Shown: positions 9,062-18,977 of the stretch, piece by piece
Layout of the letters: every line of letters starts with the position of its first letter
How positions within the stretch are numbered: position 1 is the stretch's first letter
Source: Candidatus Methanoperedens sp.
GTDB lineage: Archaea > Halobacteriota > Methanosarcinia > Methanosarcinales > Methanoperedenaceae
NCBI GenBank assembly: GCA_041494705.1
Contig: JBGQBI010000004.1
Coordinates: 296,471 to 328,470 of the forward strand
Length of the DNA: 32,000 nt
Reading direction: 5' to 3'
Program-made: the position numbers and the translations under genes
The notes under the pieces: generated by a model
Told to the model about the DNA's origin: nothing
Seen by the model: the letters and a program-made list of their open reading frames with translations, nothing else
Databases searched by the model: none

Positions 9062-9973
9062 TCAAAGTTTCTGGTTATTCCATTTCGAAGGCATCTCTAT
9101 CCTCGTTTTCTCACTCGGAACAAGCCCGCAGCACATACCATAATAGTTTATTTCATAACCATTTTCTTTTGCAAAACCAATCGTTTGCATCGTCGGCGCC
9201 GCAATGCCGCTCACGCCGACCCTAAGTGCGATTTTTTCGATTTCATCCCGGTCTTTCCCGCTTGAATGGGCGCAGCCAAGTACAACGGGCGTATCGGGGA
9301 ACATTTCCTTTGCCTTTTCTATAACTTTTTCAAAATCTGAGGGTCTGGGCTTGATATGCTCCATCGGCGTGCCGGCAACAGGCATCAATCCTGTTATTAT
9401 TATCGTGGTCGGATTGATTGAACTTATGAGTTCAAGGGCGCGGTATTCCCCTCTCAATTCGCCAAAGTGCAATCCCACGCACACATGGGGGAATACTATG
9501 AGACCCGAATCTTCTATAGCGCGGAGGCTGTCCGTGTATTCCTTTTCCGAAACATCAAGACCATAAACATCTCTTACCGTGGTCATATCGCCTATTACGT
9601 CAAAACCAATGCCGTCAAGCCCCGAGTCTTTTAGCATGGAAGCCTCATCGCTTGAAATAAAACCTGTATGCGCAATAAGAATCAAATCTGTTTTTTCCTT
9701 GAGTTTTTTTATTGCAGGGATTAAATTTCTTATCGGCACACGTCCGCGTTCATCGCAGCCGCCTGTCAGGAGTATGCCTTTTGCCCCTTTTCTGTAAAGC
9801 GCCAGGGCTTTCTTTTCAAGTTCTTCGCAGGTCTTTGCAGGAATCAGGGCTTCGAGCAATTTGCCTTTACAGTGCTGGCACATGAGGGCGCAGGAGCTTC
9901 CTGTAATCGAGAGCGAAGGGAAAAGAGATGAGGTGATGAAGAAGTTGATTTTTTTAACTCTATTTTCAGGCAT
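9062..9973 (-). CDS. Radical SAM protein (biotin-synthase-like fold; possibly LipS-type, unverified)
   Basis: CALMCQHC is a Cx3Cx2C motif near the N-terminus. Length is TIM-barrel-sized and there is a GGC motif. The specific subfamily cannot be assigned by eye. Confidence 0.75.
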   Translation of the reverse strand: MPENRVKKINFFITSSLFPSLSITGSSCALMCQHCKGKLLEALIPAKTCEELEKKALALYRKGAKGILLTGGCDERGRVPIRNLIPAIKKLKEKTDLILIAHTGFISSDEASMLKDSGLDGIGFDVIGDMTTVRDVYGLDVSEKEYTDSLRAIEDSGLIVFPHVCVGLHFGELRGEYRALELISSINPTTIIITGLMPVAGTPMEHIKPRPSDFEKVIEKAKEMFPDTPVVLGCAHSSGKDRDEIEKIALRVGVSGIAAPTMQTIGFAKENGYEINYYGMCCGLVPSEKTRIEMPSKWNNQKL

Positions 9974-10047
9974 ATTTATCTTATAGTGCAGGGTGCTGAT
10001 GAGAATCAGGGAAACTTAAATAATACTTGCTTCTTAATAAGCCTTGC

Positions 10048-11013
10048 ATGCTCAAAGAAGAAATCTGGATTGAGAAATACCGTCCAAAAAAACTGGATGA
10101 CGTGGTGGGGCAGGTTGAAGTAATGAAGCGCCTGAAATCCTATATCCAGGCAAGGAACCTTCCGCATCTTCTTTTCTCAGGCCCTCCCGGAGTCGGGAAA
10201 ACCGCTTCGGCCATATGCGTGGCGCGTGAGCTTTTTGGCGAATCATGGGCCAATAATTTCACCGAGTTAAATGCCAGCGATGAGCGCGGCATCGACGTGG
10301 TCAGGAATAAAATCAAGAACTTTGCAAGGACGGCGCCCCTTGGCGAAGCCGAATTCAAGATAATTTTCCTTGATGAAGCCGATTCCCTCACATCGGATGC
10401 GCAGTCGGCGCTGCGAAGAACTATGGAAAAATACACAGCTTCATGCCGTTTTATACTCTCCTGCAATTATTCTTCAAAAATTATCGAACCCATCCAGTCA
10501 AGATGTGCGGTTTACAGGTTCAAACCGATATCAAGCGCGGCTGTTGAGGAAAGGGTAAGGCATATCGCCAAAATTGAAGGCGTGACTCTCACGGATGACG
10601 GGATGGAAGCAATACGATACGTGGCTGCTGGCGATATGAGGCGCGCCATAAACGCCCTTCAGGCTGCTGCCATGCTTGACAAGACTGTAAATATGGATGC
10701 AATTTACAAGACCACAGCTACTGCAAAACCCGAAGAAGTAGTGGAATTGATAAAACTCGGTCTTGAGGGCAATTTCATGAAAGCCCGCGCCCAGCTTGAT
10801 TACCTCTTGATTGAACAGGGACTTTCTGGTGAGGATATAATAGGACAGATATACCGTGCCATGTTTGACATGACGATTCCCGACAAGCTGAAAGTTGACC
10901 TTATTGACCGCATCGGTGAAACTGATTTCAGGATGGCAGAAGGTGCAAACGAGCGGATACAGCTTGAGGCACTGATAGCCCATTTTATTCTCTGCGGTGG
11001 AAGTAAAAAATGA
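10048..11013 (+). CDS. rfcS: Replication factor C small subunit
   Basis: WIEKYRPKKLDDVVGQ, Walker A GPPGVGKT, DEAD box and SRC motif (QSRCAVYRF). First ATG at 10048. Confidence 0.9.
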   Translation: MLKEEIWIEKYRPKKLDDVVGQVEVMKRLKSYIQARNLPHLLFSGPPGVGKTASAICVARELFGESWANNFTELNASDERGIDVVRNKIKNFARTAPLGEAEFKIIFLDEADSLTSDAQSALRRTMEKYTASCRFILSCNYSSKIIEPIQSRCAVYRFKPISSAAVEERVRHIAKIEGVTLTDDGMEAIRYVAAGDMRRAINALQAAAMLDKTVNMDAIYKTTATAKPEEVVELIKLGLEGNFMKARAQLDYLLIEQGLSGEDIIGQIYRAMFDMTIPDKLKVDLIDRIGETDFRMAEGANERIQLEALIAHFILCGGSKK

Positions 11014-11071
11014 CCTTTGAGCGGGCTCCATTCAACAACCTTTAAATAATGCCCATCTCTATTCAGTTGTC

Positions 11072-11674
11072 ATGATTGCCGAACTCCTGTCTGGTTATAT
11101 CACACAATTCATTTCCACCATCGGATATGCAGGAGTTTTTATTTTAATGACCATGGAAAGCGCCGCCCTTCCAGTGCCCTCAGAAGTTGTGATGCCGTTT
11201 GCAGGCTTTGTGGTATATCAGGCACATCAGGGAGTTTTCAATGTGTTTTTGATAAGCATTGTAGGTGCAGTTGGATGCACCACCGGCTCGGTCATCTCAT
11301 ATTATGTAGGACTAAAAGGAGGGAGACCCTTCATAGAGAAATATGGCAAATATCTCTTTATTGAAAGCAGCCATATGAAGCTTGCAGAGACATGGTTCAA
11401 TAAATACGGGGACAGGGCTGTTTTCTTTTCAAGGTTACTCCCCGTTGTTCGCACTTTCATCTCACTCCCGGCAGGTATAGGAAAGTATGACCTGAGAAAA
11501 CTGGTGACATTCAGTTTTATCGGCTCATTACCCTGGTGCTTTGCCCTGGCATACGTGGGATTCTACCTTGGGCCTTTCTGGAAGAATATCATTGGCTTTT
11601 TTAACGGGCTTGATATTGTTGTGGTCGTTTCGATAATTATTATCGTTTTGTATTATTGGAAACTCCGGAAGTGA
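11072..11674 (+). CDS. DedA/SNARE-associated family membrane protein
   Basis: 200 aa polytopic protein with FFSRLLPVVRTFISLPAG, the DedA signature. Confidence 0.8.
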   Translation: MIAELLSGYITQFISTIGYAGVFILMTMESAALPVPSEVVMPFAGFVVYQAHQGVFNVFLISIVGAVGCTTGSVISYYVGLKGGRPFIEKYGKYLFIESSHMKLAETWFNKYGDRAVFFSRLLPVVRTFISLPAGIGKYDLRKLVTFSFIGSLPWCFALAYVGFYLGPFWKNIIGFFNGLDIVVVVSIIIIVLYYWKLRK

Positions 11675-11811
11675 CCCATCTCATGAATCCCGGCGCAAGA
11701 ATAAATATATTTAACAGAGTATAGTTTTCTTCAAAACATTTATCCATTTATAATGCAATATATAGCGTGTTAATGAGAGAGTATATAACATCTATTTGAG
11801 AGAGACCATTC

Positions 11812-12321
11812 ATGGGAAAAAGAACTCGTATTATAAATGAACCATCAGATATTGTCCCGCTTCTTCGTGCATTCGGTTCTGATGCACATAAAAAAGTTTT
11901 CGATTGCCTCCAAAATGGCTGGAAAACCGAAGAGGAGATAGAGAAAGAAGTTGGATTTAACCCGCGTGAAAGTCTTGATATTCTGAAGAAGAGCGGATTT
12001 GTCGAGAGCAAGTGGCGAATGCCGCAGCCCGGGAAAACCCCTGAAAAAGAATATCATTCGTCTTATTCCAGGGTCCAGGTCAATTTCCAGTGCACTGTTG
12101 AAGATTTAAGCGACATGATAATGGTCACTTTTAAAAGCGATAGCGAAATAAGGAATTATATTGAGATAATAGAGAAAGAAGTTAAAGCCGGTAATCAGTC
12201 AATGAACGGTCTGCAGAGGGTAGTAGATAAGAGTATTATGTTCATCCGCGCGGTCGCAAGGCGTTCACACATCCTATCAGTGAAAGGACAGAGGATTGAA
12301 ATGTTCGGGGAAACCGAATGA
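11812..12321 (+). CDS. Putative winged-HTH (ArsR-like) protein
   Basis: N-terminal region KKVFDCLQNGWKTEEEIEKEVGFNPRESLDILKKSGFVESKW resembles an ArsR-type wHTH. The C-terminal half is unassigned. Confidence 0.45.
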   Translation: MGKRTRIINEPSDIVPLLRAFGSDAHKKVFDCLQNGWKTEEEIEKEVGFNPRESLDILKKSGFVESKWRMPQPGKTPEKEYHSSYSRVQVNFQCTVEDLSDMIMVTFKSDSEIRNYIEIIEKEVKAGNQSMNGLQRVVDKSIMFIRAVARRSHILSVKGQRIEMFGETE

Positions 12322-12422
12322 AAAACTTTATGAAAGTTTTATCAAAAACTGTTGCGTCAGTTTACACCGCGCACACATATGGCTTCGCCATACGTGGACT
12401 GTCATAAAGGGGTGTACCCTTT

Positions 12423-13196
12423 ATGATACTGCGGAGTAAAAAAGAGATAACCAAATTCCAGATTCTTGTTGAAATAGCCGCACACCAGCCTGATGTAATG
12501 CAGAAAGAGATTGCGGATAAGATAGGTATAACACCGCAGGCAGTTTCGGAATATATCAAAGACCTTGTTTCGGATGGGCTTTTATACTCAGACGGCAGGG
12601 TGCGTTACCGTGTTACCAAAAAAGGCATTGAGTGGGTTCTTGAAAGGGCACAGGAACTGAAAAAATATGCGCGTTTTGTCATGGAGGATATTGTAAGCCA
12701 TGTCTCGGTCGCGACTGCAATTGCAATGGAAAAATTTAAAAAAGGGCAAAAGGTCTCGCTCTGGATGGAAAATGGTTTGCTGTATGCAGGCTTAAAAGGC
12801 GATGTCACGGGTGTTACAATATCAGATGCGGTGGAAGGAGAAGACGTCGGGGTGACGGATTTGAAAGGTATGATAAGTTTTCCCCCGGTCAATATTACCA
12901 TCTGCAAGGTGCCAAGGGTAGAGAAGGGAGGTTCCCGAAATGTGGATTACGAGATGCTAAAGAAACATGTTGAGAATAAGCCGTATATCGCAGCGATAGG
13001 TGTCGAGGCGCTGGTATCTCTTCGTAAAATCAATATCCAGCCCGGCATTCTATTCGGAGCCAAAGAATCAGTCGTGGAGGCGGCGTTTCATGGGCTTTCC
13101 TCTCTTGTGGTTTCGGTGGACGAGGAGGTTCCTTCACTGCTCAACAGGCTTGAGTCCGAGGGGTTGAACTACGAAGTTGTGGATTTGGGGAAATAG
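12423..13196 (+). CDS. Archaeal HTH transcriptional regulator with an uncharacterised C-terminal domain
   Basis: N-terminal FQILVEIAAHQPDVMQKEIADKIGITPQAVSEYIKDLVSDGLL is an HTH. ~170 aa of unassigned C-terminal domain follows. Confidence 0.6.
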   Translation: MILRSKKEITKFQILVEIAAHQPDVMQKEIADKIGITPQAVSEYIKDLVSDGLLYSDGRVRYRVTKKGIEWVLERAQELKKYARFVMEDIVSHVSVATAIAMEKFKKGQKVSLWMENGLLYAGLKGDVTGVTISDAVEGEDVGVTDLKGMISFPPVNITICKVPRVEKGGSRNVDYEMLKKHVENKPYIAAIGVEALVSLRKINIQPGILFGAKESVVEAAFHGLSSLVVSVDEEVPSLLNRLESEGLNYEVVDLGK

Positions 13197-13199
13197 CGG

Positions 13200-13610
13200 T
13201 CACAGTTTTTTATAGATGATAACTCTAAGTTTTTCTATTATCGCCAGAATTTCTTTCATTTTTCTTTCCAGATACTCATCGGTTACGAAAAATCCGTTAT
13301 AAGCGATACGATTTCTTGTCAATCTCAGGTCATCTATGAGCGAAATCTCATGTCTTTTGAATTCCGGGTAATTTTTCTCCAGATACTCTATCAGCTTTTT
13401 ATGCGCCCCTTCTCCCTGCGTCTTGTAACCATCCAAAAGTAAAATGACTGTAATAAGCTCCCGAATGACCTCATAATATTCCTTAAGTACATTGGATGGA
13501 TATTTCCTGGAGTCTATTGCGCTTATCATTTCCAGTGTGGTTTCCACCATTTTCAAGATGGATTTTGCCTTTTCCCTGTCAGGGATGGTTTTTATGATGC
13601 CTTCTTCCAT
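13200..13610 (-). CDS. HEPN-domain protein (partner of the upstream nucleotidyltransferase)
   Basis: 136 aa all-helical protein with LRLTRNRIAYNG where HEPN proteins carry Rx4-6H. Its start overlaps the upstream gene's stop by 1 nt at 13610. Confidence 0.6.
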   Translation of the reverse strand: MEEGIIKTIPDREKAKSILKMVETTLEMISAIDSRKYPSNVLKEYYEVIRELITVILLLDGYKTQGEGAHKKLIEYLEKNYPEFKRHEISLIDDLRLTRNRIAYNGFFVTDEYLERKMKEILAIIEKLRVIIYKKL

Positions 13611-14149
13611 CAGAACACCTTCAGGTAGCCTTTTAAAATTGTCCCATTTATTATGTTGTTTTTCAATTCGTTGCTGAGTTCACCAAAATCGTTGCTAAAT
13701 AACAGGCTGATTTTTCTTTTTATTTTTTTCTCGAAATCCTGTAAGTCCATCTTTCTTTCTTTGCACATCAGGTATAAGTCTATATCGCTTTTTATTGTAT
13801 CTTCGCCTCGTGATGCAGAGCCGAACAAAATTATAACGTCAGGCATGCATTTGCTATCAAGAAACTCTATTAAGCCTGAGTCTTTTAAGGTCATTATTGT
13901 ATCTATTTTTTTCAGGAACCTGAATTTTTCGCTTTCCAGGTTCGCCCGATAAACAGGATATGCATGTATCCGGTGTCTGGATATTGTAATCAGTTCTTCA
14001 TTAACCAGTTCGTTCAGATACCGCTTTACAGAGGTTGTGGCAAGTTTTGTAATTCTGCCAATCTCTCTTAATTGAAATCCTGCGCCTTCCGGATTCGGGT
14101 TCTCAAAGAAGACCTTAAGCACTTTCCATTTGTTATATTTTTGTAACAT
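13610..14149 (-). CDS. Minimal nucleotidyltransferase (MNT) with an N-terminal winged-HTH
   Basis: LFGSASRGEDTIKSDIDLYL is the GSxxRGx(n)DxD Pol-beta-type NTase motif. The N-terminus (LREIGRITKLATTSVKRYLNELVNEELI) is wHTH-like. ATG at 14149; a TTG at 14158 is also possible. Confidence 0.75.
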   Translation of the reverse strand: MLQKYNKWKVLKVFFENPNPEGAGFQLREIGRITKLATTSVKRYLNELVNEELITISRHRIHAYPVYRANLESEKFRFLKKIDTIMTLKDSGLIEFLDSKCMPDVIILFGSASRGEDTIKSDIDLYLMCKERKMDLQDFEKKIKRKISLLFSNDFGELSNELKNNIINGTILKGYLKVF

Positions 14150-14486
14150 ATGTGACAATATTGTAACGATTGTAATATAAATGTTTCAGTATCTTTTCAA
14201 CCGCACTTACAGCGCGTCACGCGTCAGTAATTGGTAAATGCAATATATCAAAACAAAAAGGGCTGCATATTAAAAACCACGTAGCTTATATAGCGTGCCA
14301 CGCACGCAACCGTCTAAACGGTTATATCACAAACATAACCAATCTTTTCACAACAAATAAGAATGTTTGCAAAAAATTATCCGATGGTTTTTTATCTTTT
14401 ATTGCCATATAGCATTTATTCCATCGGTCAGGTTGATGAACCCGTCTAAAAAAGAATAATTTTGGGTCGTCAAGGAAGGAGGCTCT

Positions 14487-15752
14487 ATGGAACTTGAATT
14501 TGCGCCCCATGTTGAAGAAATAAAAAGGGCGCTCGATAACGAAGTAGATGAAAATAATATTACCGCGGAGCTAAAAAAACTGCTCGAATATAGAGTCCCA
14601 CTTAGCGAAGCCAAGAGAAGCCTTATCAGGAAATATGGCGGCGGGGAAAAAACTACAATCAAGAAACTAAAGGATATACAAATCGGGGACCGCAACATCG
14701 AAGTAACCGGGCAGGTCATGGAAATCGCCAAAAAAACGGTTAATATAAAAAATGTTGAAAAGACCATTTTTTCAGGGACTATATGTGATGAGACGACTGC
14801 AAGAAGTTTCACTGCCTGGTCGGATTTTGACCTTAAAGCGGGCGACGTAATAAGGGTCACACAGGCTTATGTCAGAAACTGGCAGGAACGGCCTGAGATA
14901 AATTTCGGGAACAAATCAAAAGTAACAAAACTCACTTCAAAGATTGAAATCAATCAGGAAAGCGAGATTAAAAAACTTGCAGAATTAAAGGACGGGGACA
15001 TTAATGTACATGCCGTGTTCACCATCCTGAATTTGGAAACGCATGATATCAATACAAAAGACGGCGCTAAAAAAATTATGGGTGGCATCGCCGCAGATGA
15101 AAATACCAAAATTCCATTTACGGCATGGGTAGTACTTCCCGAGCTTGCAGCCGGGAACACGGTTGAAGTGAAAAACGCATATATAAGGTCATTCCGGGGT
15201 GTTCCCAGCCTGAATATCAATGAAAACAGCACAGTAATTAAACTTGATAAAAAGATGGAATATAAAGAAACCGGCAGCGTCAGGATAGGGGATATCACCG
15301 GGAAAGACGGGGCTTACGATATTATAATCGAAGGGAACATCCTCTCCATAAGACCCGGGTCGGGATTGATAGCCCGCTGTCCGGAATGTTCGCGGGTTAT
15401 CCAGAAAGGCATGTGCCGTGTCCACGGTAAAGTGGATGAAAAAATGGACATGCGGATTAAAGCAATAATCGATGATGGAACCGGGGCGCTGACACTCGTT
15501 CTCGATGCCGGGCTCACACAGAAAATATGCGGATATACAGTCGAGGAAGCGCAAAAGATGGCAAAAACAGCCATGTCCCAGAAAGCCGTGGAAGATGAAA
15601 TCAAAAAGAAACTTATCGGAAAAATTCTCGCTGCAAGGGGTAATATGTCAAAAGGCGAATTCGGGATTACGCTTGTGGCAAATGATGTGTGGGAACCGCA
15701 GGAAATAACCAGGGAAAAAGCAAATGAACTGCTCGGGAGGATAGGGGGATAA
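14487..15752 (+). CDS. rpa: Replication protein A (ssDNA-binding, multiple OB folds plus zinc finger)
   Basis: 421 aa with repeated OB-fold-like units and CPECSRVIQKGMCRVHG (Cx2Cx8Cx2H). GGAGG SD present. First gene of a three-gene operon. Confidence 0.85.
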   Translation: MELEFAPHVEEIKRALDNEVDENNITAELKKLLEYRVPLSEAKRSLIRKYGGGEKTTIKKLKDIQIGDRNIEVTGQVMEIAKKTVNIKNVEKTIFSGTICDETTARSFTAWSDFDLKAGDVIRVTQAYVRNWQERPEINFGNKSKVTKLTSKIEINQESEIKKLAELKDGDINVHAVFTILNLETHDINTKDGAKKIMGGIAADENTKIPFTAWVVLPELAAGNTVEVKNAYIRSFRGVPSLNINENSTVIKLDKKMEYKETGSVRIGDITGKDGAYDIIIEGNILSIRPGSGLIARCPECSRVIQKGMCRVHGKVDEKMDMRIKAIIDDGTGALTLVLDAGLTQKICGYTVEEAQKMAKTAMSQKAVEDEIKKKLIGKILAARGNMSKGEFGITLVANDVWEPQEITREKANELLGRIGG

Positions 15753-15753
15753 T

Positions 15754-16773
15754 ATGGAAAAGACTGAAAAAATAATGGACAGGGAAATTGCATGGCGCAT
15801 TTTTGCCCACGAGTTTAACAGGTCAAATCTGCATGTCAGTGAAGGGGATGAGCGCGCCCCGAATTATATCATTACGCCGACAGGAGTAAAGTGCAACAGG
15901 CTCTTTATTGTCGGGGTGGTCACCGAAGTTGAGAACATCGGCAAGGACAATAACCTGTGGCGCGCCCGCGTGGCAGACCCGACTGGCGTGTTTACCATTT
16001 ACGCCGGGCAATACCAGCCCGAAGCTGCTATTTTTTTGTCTGAATTGCAGGTGCCTGCATACGTAGCGATTGTGGGGAAAGCAAGAAAATACGAACCTGA
16101 GGACGGAAGCGTCTATATATCGGTCAGGCCCGAGGAAATGAATGCGGCTGATGAAAAGCAGAGGGACAGATGGATTTTGGATACTGCGGAGCGCACCATG
16201 GAACGCATAAAACTTATGGAAGAAGCCTTGAACTCTGGTTTATCCGGGAATGAATTAAGGGAATTTTTGCAGAAAAAAGGAGCAAGTCCCCTGCTTGCCG
16301 ATGGGGCCGTGCGTGCGCTCCAGCATTATAAAAACCTCGATAAAATCAAATTGGAACTTAAAAACGTCGTAATCCATGCTGTAAAAACGATTACTTCAGA
16401 GAGCGGTGCCCAGGAAAAGACAGTTGGAAAGGAACAGGCGGAAAACGTGCAAATGAGCAAGAATCCGCAGGGTTCCGGCGATGGGCCTCTTGAACAGGAA
16501 CTCAAGATGGAAGAAATAAAAGAAGAAAAAGAAGAAGCCGAAAGCCCGCAGGAACCCGGTATTACCGAAACCGAAAAGACGCCGGAACCCAAAGAAGTCA
16601 TTGCAGCCATAATCGACAAACTTGATACAGGGAAGGGAATTTCTTATTCTTCGGTTGTTGAAACCGCGATGAATGCCGGTATAAACCCGGAATCCGTTGA
16701 GGCCGGTATCAAGGAGCTTATGGATGAAGGAAGATGCTATGAGCCGAAAATCGGGGTGCTGCGGAAAGTCTGA
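15754..16773 (+). CDS. RPA-associated OB-fold protein (RPAP-like)
   Basis: Starts 2 nt after the rpa stop. N-terminal OB-like region (NRLFIVGVVTEVENIG...WRARVADPTG), an acidic linker, then a small C-terminal domain. The position matches the rpa-rpap-rpe arrangement described in haloarchaea. Confidence 0.65.
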   Translation: MEKTEKIMDREIAWRIFAHEFNRSNLHVSEGDERAPNYIITPTGVKCNRLFIVGVVTEVENIGKDNNLWRARVADPTGVFTIYAGQYQPEAAIFLSELQVPAYVAIVGKARKYEPEDGSVYISVRPEEMNAADEKQRDRWILDTAERTMERIKLMEEALNSGLSGNELREFLQKKGASPLLADGAVRALQHYKNLDKIKLELKNVVIHAVKTITSESGAQEKTVGKEQAENVQMSKNPQGSGDGPLEQELKMEEIKEEKEEAESPQEPGITETEKTPEPKEVIAAIIDKLDTGKGISYSSVVETAMNAGINPESVEAGIKELMDEGRCYEPKIGVLRKV

Positions 16774-16775
16774 GA

Positions 16776-17573
16776 ATGGAAATCAATCCTCTGTTAAATG
16801 AGCCTGCTCTTATCGTTGAAAACACCAAAAAGACGCTTGTGATCGCCGATGTACACCTGGGAATAGAATGGGAGCTTTACCACCGCGGTTTTTCAATTCC
16901 CAGCCAGGTTGAGAAGCGCAAAAAACGCATCTGCGATTATATTGAAAAAGTAAATCCGGACAGGATAGTACTTCTTGGGGATATCAAGCACAACGTGCCC
17001 AGGACATCATGGCAGGAAAAGAAGGAAGTCCCGGAATTCCTGAGGACAATAGCGGCGTTGGCGCCGGTGGATATCGTTCCCGGCAATCATGACGGGGATA
17101 TAGATGCTCTTATCCCTGAAAACGTGACGATGCATGAGATGAGGGGTTTTGTGCTTGACGGCGTTGGTTATTTCCACGGCCATACATGGCCTGGTGCGGA
17201 ATTGCTATCAGCATCGCATGTTGTAATGTCGCACAACCATCCCACGATAAGGTTCACAGACCCTCTCGGTCATGCTGTTTCTGAGGAGGTATGGATACGG
17301 ACGCACTTTATTGAAAAAGCCATCAGGGAATATTACGGGGATATTGTGTGGAATGACCCGGAGGTTATAATAATGCCAGCATTTAATGAATTATGCGGCG
17401 GGATACCTTTTAATGAATCCATTCATGAAGAACTGCTGGGTCCGGTCTTTGCAAACCATGCAATCGAACTTGAAAAAGCAACCGCATACCTGCTTGATGG
17501 CACGAATCTTGGTACAATCGGGAGCATCAAAAATCTTGGAATTACCAGGGTGAGAAGAAAAAGGAAAAAGTGA
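16776..17573 (+). CDS. Calcineurin-like metallophosphoesterase (Rpe-like, RPA-operon associated)
   Basis: Metallophosphoesterase motifs ADVHLG, LLGDIKH, GNHDG, FHGH and SHNHP. Third gene of the RPA operon. Confidence 0.75.
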   Translation: MEINPLLNEPALIVENTKKTLVIADVHLGIEWELYHRGFSIPSQVEKRKKRICDYIEKVNPDRIVLLGDIKHNVPRTSWQEKKEVPEFLRTIAALAPVDIVPGNHDGDIDALIPENVTMHEMRGFVLDGVGYFHGHTWPGAELLSASHVVMSHNHPTIRFTDPLGHAVSEEVWIRTHFIEKAIREYYGDIVWNDPEVIIMPAFNELCGGIPFNESIHEELLGPVFANHAIELEKATAYLLDGTNLGTIGSIKNLGITRVRRKRKK

Positions 17574-17621
17574 ATTTTAAAAATAAATAAAGAACCCTGA
17601 CAATTTGTTCGGGTTAGGGGG

Positions 17622-18677
17622 TCATTTTATAGACCCCGCCACTTTAACCAGTTCTTCCTTGCTCAATGGGCTGGAAACCGTCAGTTCAAGATTTCCGATG
17701 TTCCATGTAAGCATTTTGCTCTCTCCAAACCCGGACATGATTTTACCTTCAGCGCCATTTATGCTGACCTTCTCAACATCCCCAAAATCAGGCGCATGGT
17801 TCGTATCATCCTTCAGCTTTTCAGAAAGCAGAAGCATTTGCGAACCTTTCTGATATGTAAGGGATACGATTTCCATTTTGTCATATTTGAATACTGTGGC
17901 GCTTTCAAATACATACCCCTCTGGCAGATAGGAAGGCGAAATTACTGAGAAATTGACTTCTTTCTTCGCCTCTTCAAGTGTTATCTTTTTAGGCGGCGCG
18001 GGCAGCTCTCGTGTGGAAACTTTCGCCCCTTCAGGTATCTTGAACTCAAATTCGCTGTCAGGTATGCCCGTGTTGAACTTTATATCGCGATATTCTATAG
18101 AAGATAAAAGTGTATCGTTCTTATCAAAAGTTTCCATTTTAAGAGGCATCCAGTTTTCACTGTCTACCCACATGCTGAAATGTATTCCCATCAACATATC
18201 TTCTTTTTTGGGCGCGGCTTTTATGAGATATACGCTGCGTTCCTCAAACTTATCCGTGCCCTGATATGATATGTCTGTCTGGTTAAGAAGTTCCCTGATG
18301 GATTGTATGTAATCCTGTTCGGATGGATTGGTATTGTTGATTTCAGGCATATCCATCTTAGTTACCTCATTTTTCTTAGGGTCGTAACTCCAGATGGTCT
18401 TGCCGTCGTTGACCATGACCTGGCCGGCCATTTCAGCGGGTTCAAGATATTCAAACCGGCTTTTGCCGGGCATCTTGTTTATTATTTTAGCCTTTGTCAT
18501 CTCGTTCTTTCCGCCAAACGATGATGAGATGACCATCGTGGCTGAATAGTCTTTAATACTGTCCTGCTTCGCTTTCATCTGCTTTGCAATCTGCTCGGCA
18601 GACATGTTCGCAGTACAGCCAGAAATAAGGGCTATTATAATAACTGCGAGCAGAACTATTCCTGTTCTTTTAATCAT
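17622..18677 (-). CDS. Lipoprotein with a LolA-like fold and DUF4367-like C-terminal domain
   Basis: Signal peptide ending in the lipobox LISGC. The pattern YSATMV...GKSRFEYLEP...GKTIWSYDPKKNEV is typical of LolA/outer-membrane-lipoprotein-sorting-like beta-barrels. AGGAGG SD present. Confidence 0.6.
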   Translation of the reverse strand: MIKRTGIVLLAVIIIALISGCTANMSAEQIAKQMKAKQDSIKDYSATMVISSSFGGKNEMTKAKIINKMPGKSRFEYLEPAEMAGQVMVNDGKTIWSYDPKKNEVTKMDMPEINNTNPSEQDYIQSIRELLNQTDISYQGTDKFEERSVYLIKAAPKKEDMLMGIHFSMWVDSENWMPLKMETFDKNDTLLSSIEYRDIKFNTGIPDSEFEFKIPEGAKVSTRELPAPPKKITLEEAKKEVNFSVISPSYLPEGYVFESATVFKYDKMEIVSLTYQKGSQMLLLSEKLKDDTNHAPDFGDVEKVSINGAEGKIMSGFGESKMLTWNIGNLELTVSSPLSKEELVKVAGSIK

Positions 18678-18782
18678 GTATTTCCTCCTGTGTTAATTTT
18701 TGTCAGAAACGCGACCCACAAATCCCGTTTTTTATCACGTTGGTAACCGCAAATGTGATGACCCTTTTTGATTAGAGCCGGA

Positions 18783-18977
18783 TTACTCATCAAAGATAAA
18801 AACCTCCTCTATTTTGGATTTCAATACCTTTGATATATCGTATGCAAGTTTCAACGAAGGATTATATTTCCCCTTTTCTAAAAAAAGGATGGTTTCTCTT
18901 CTCACACCTACCTTTTTAGCAAGCTCTTCCTGGGTTAAATCGTATCTTGCCCGAAGCTCCTTGATTCTGGTTTTCAT
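18783..18977 (-). CDS. XRE-family (Cro/CI-type) HTH transcriptional regulator, 64 aa
   Basis: [48 protein letters not shown] is the canonical short XRE HTH. Its ATG overlaps the stop of the preceding membrane paralog (TAATG). Confidence 0.85.
   Translation of the reverse strand: MKTRIKELRARYDLTQEELAKKVGVRRETILFLEKGKYNPSLKLAYDISKVLKSKIEEVFIFDE

Noticed and set aside
14200-14345. Cluster of short palindromes and tandem 7-mers upstream of the rpa operon (CGCGTCA x2, GCGTG-C-CACGC, AACCGT-CTAA-ACGGTT, GGTTAT-N9-ATAACC)
   Set aside because: Each element is only 5-7 bp, so chance occurrence in a 330-bp spacer is plausible, and no motif recurs elsewhere in the window. They may be promoter or operator elements, but the evidence is insufficient.
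14322-15793. Minus-strand ORFs (62, 153, 114, 121, 159 aa) opposite the rpa gene
   Set aside because: They are antisense to the RPA gene, with Ser/Phe/Ile-rich low-complexity translations. The RPA frame has OB-fold and zinc-finger features and a GGAGG SD.
18727-18752. Imperfect palindrome ATCACGTTGGTAACCGCAAATGTGAT between the XRE gene and the LolA-like gene
   Set aside because: Only the outer 5 bp and a few inner positions pair. It is not similar to the perfect palindrome at 22249..22270.
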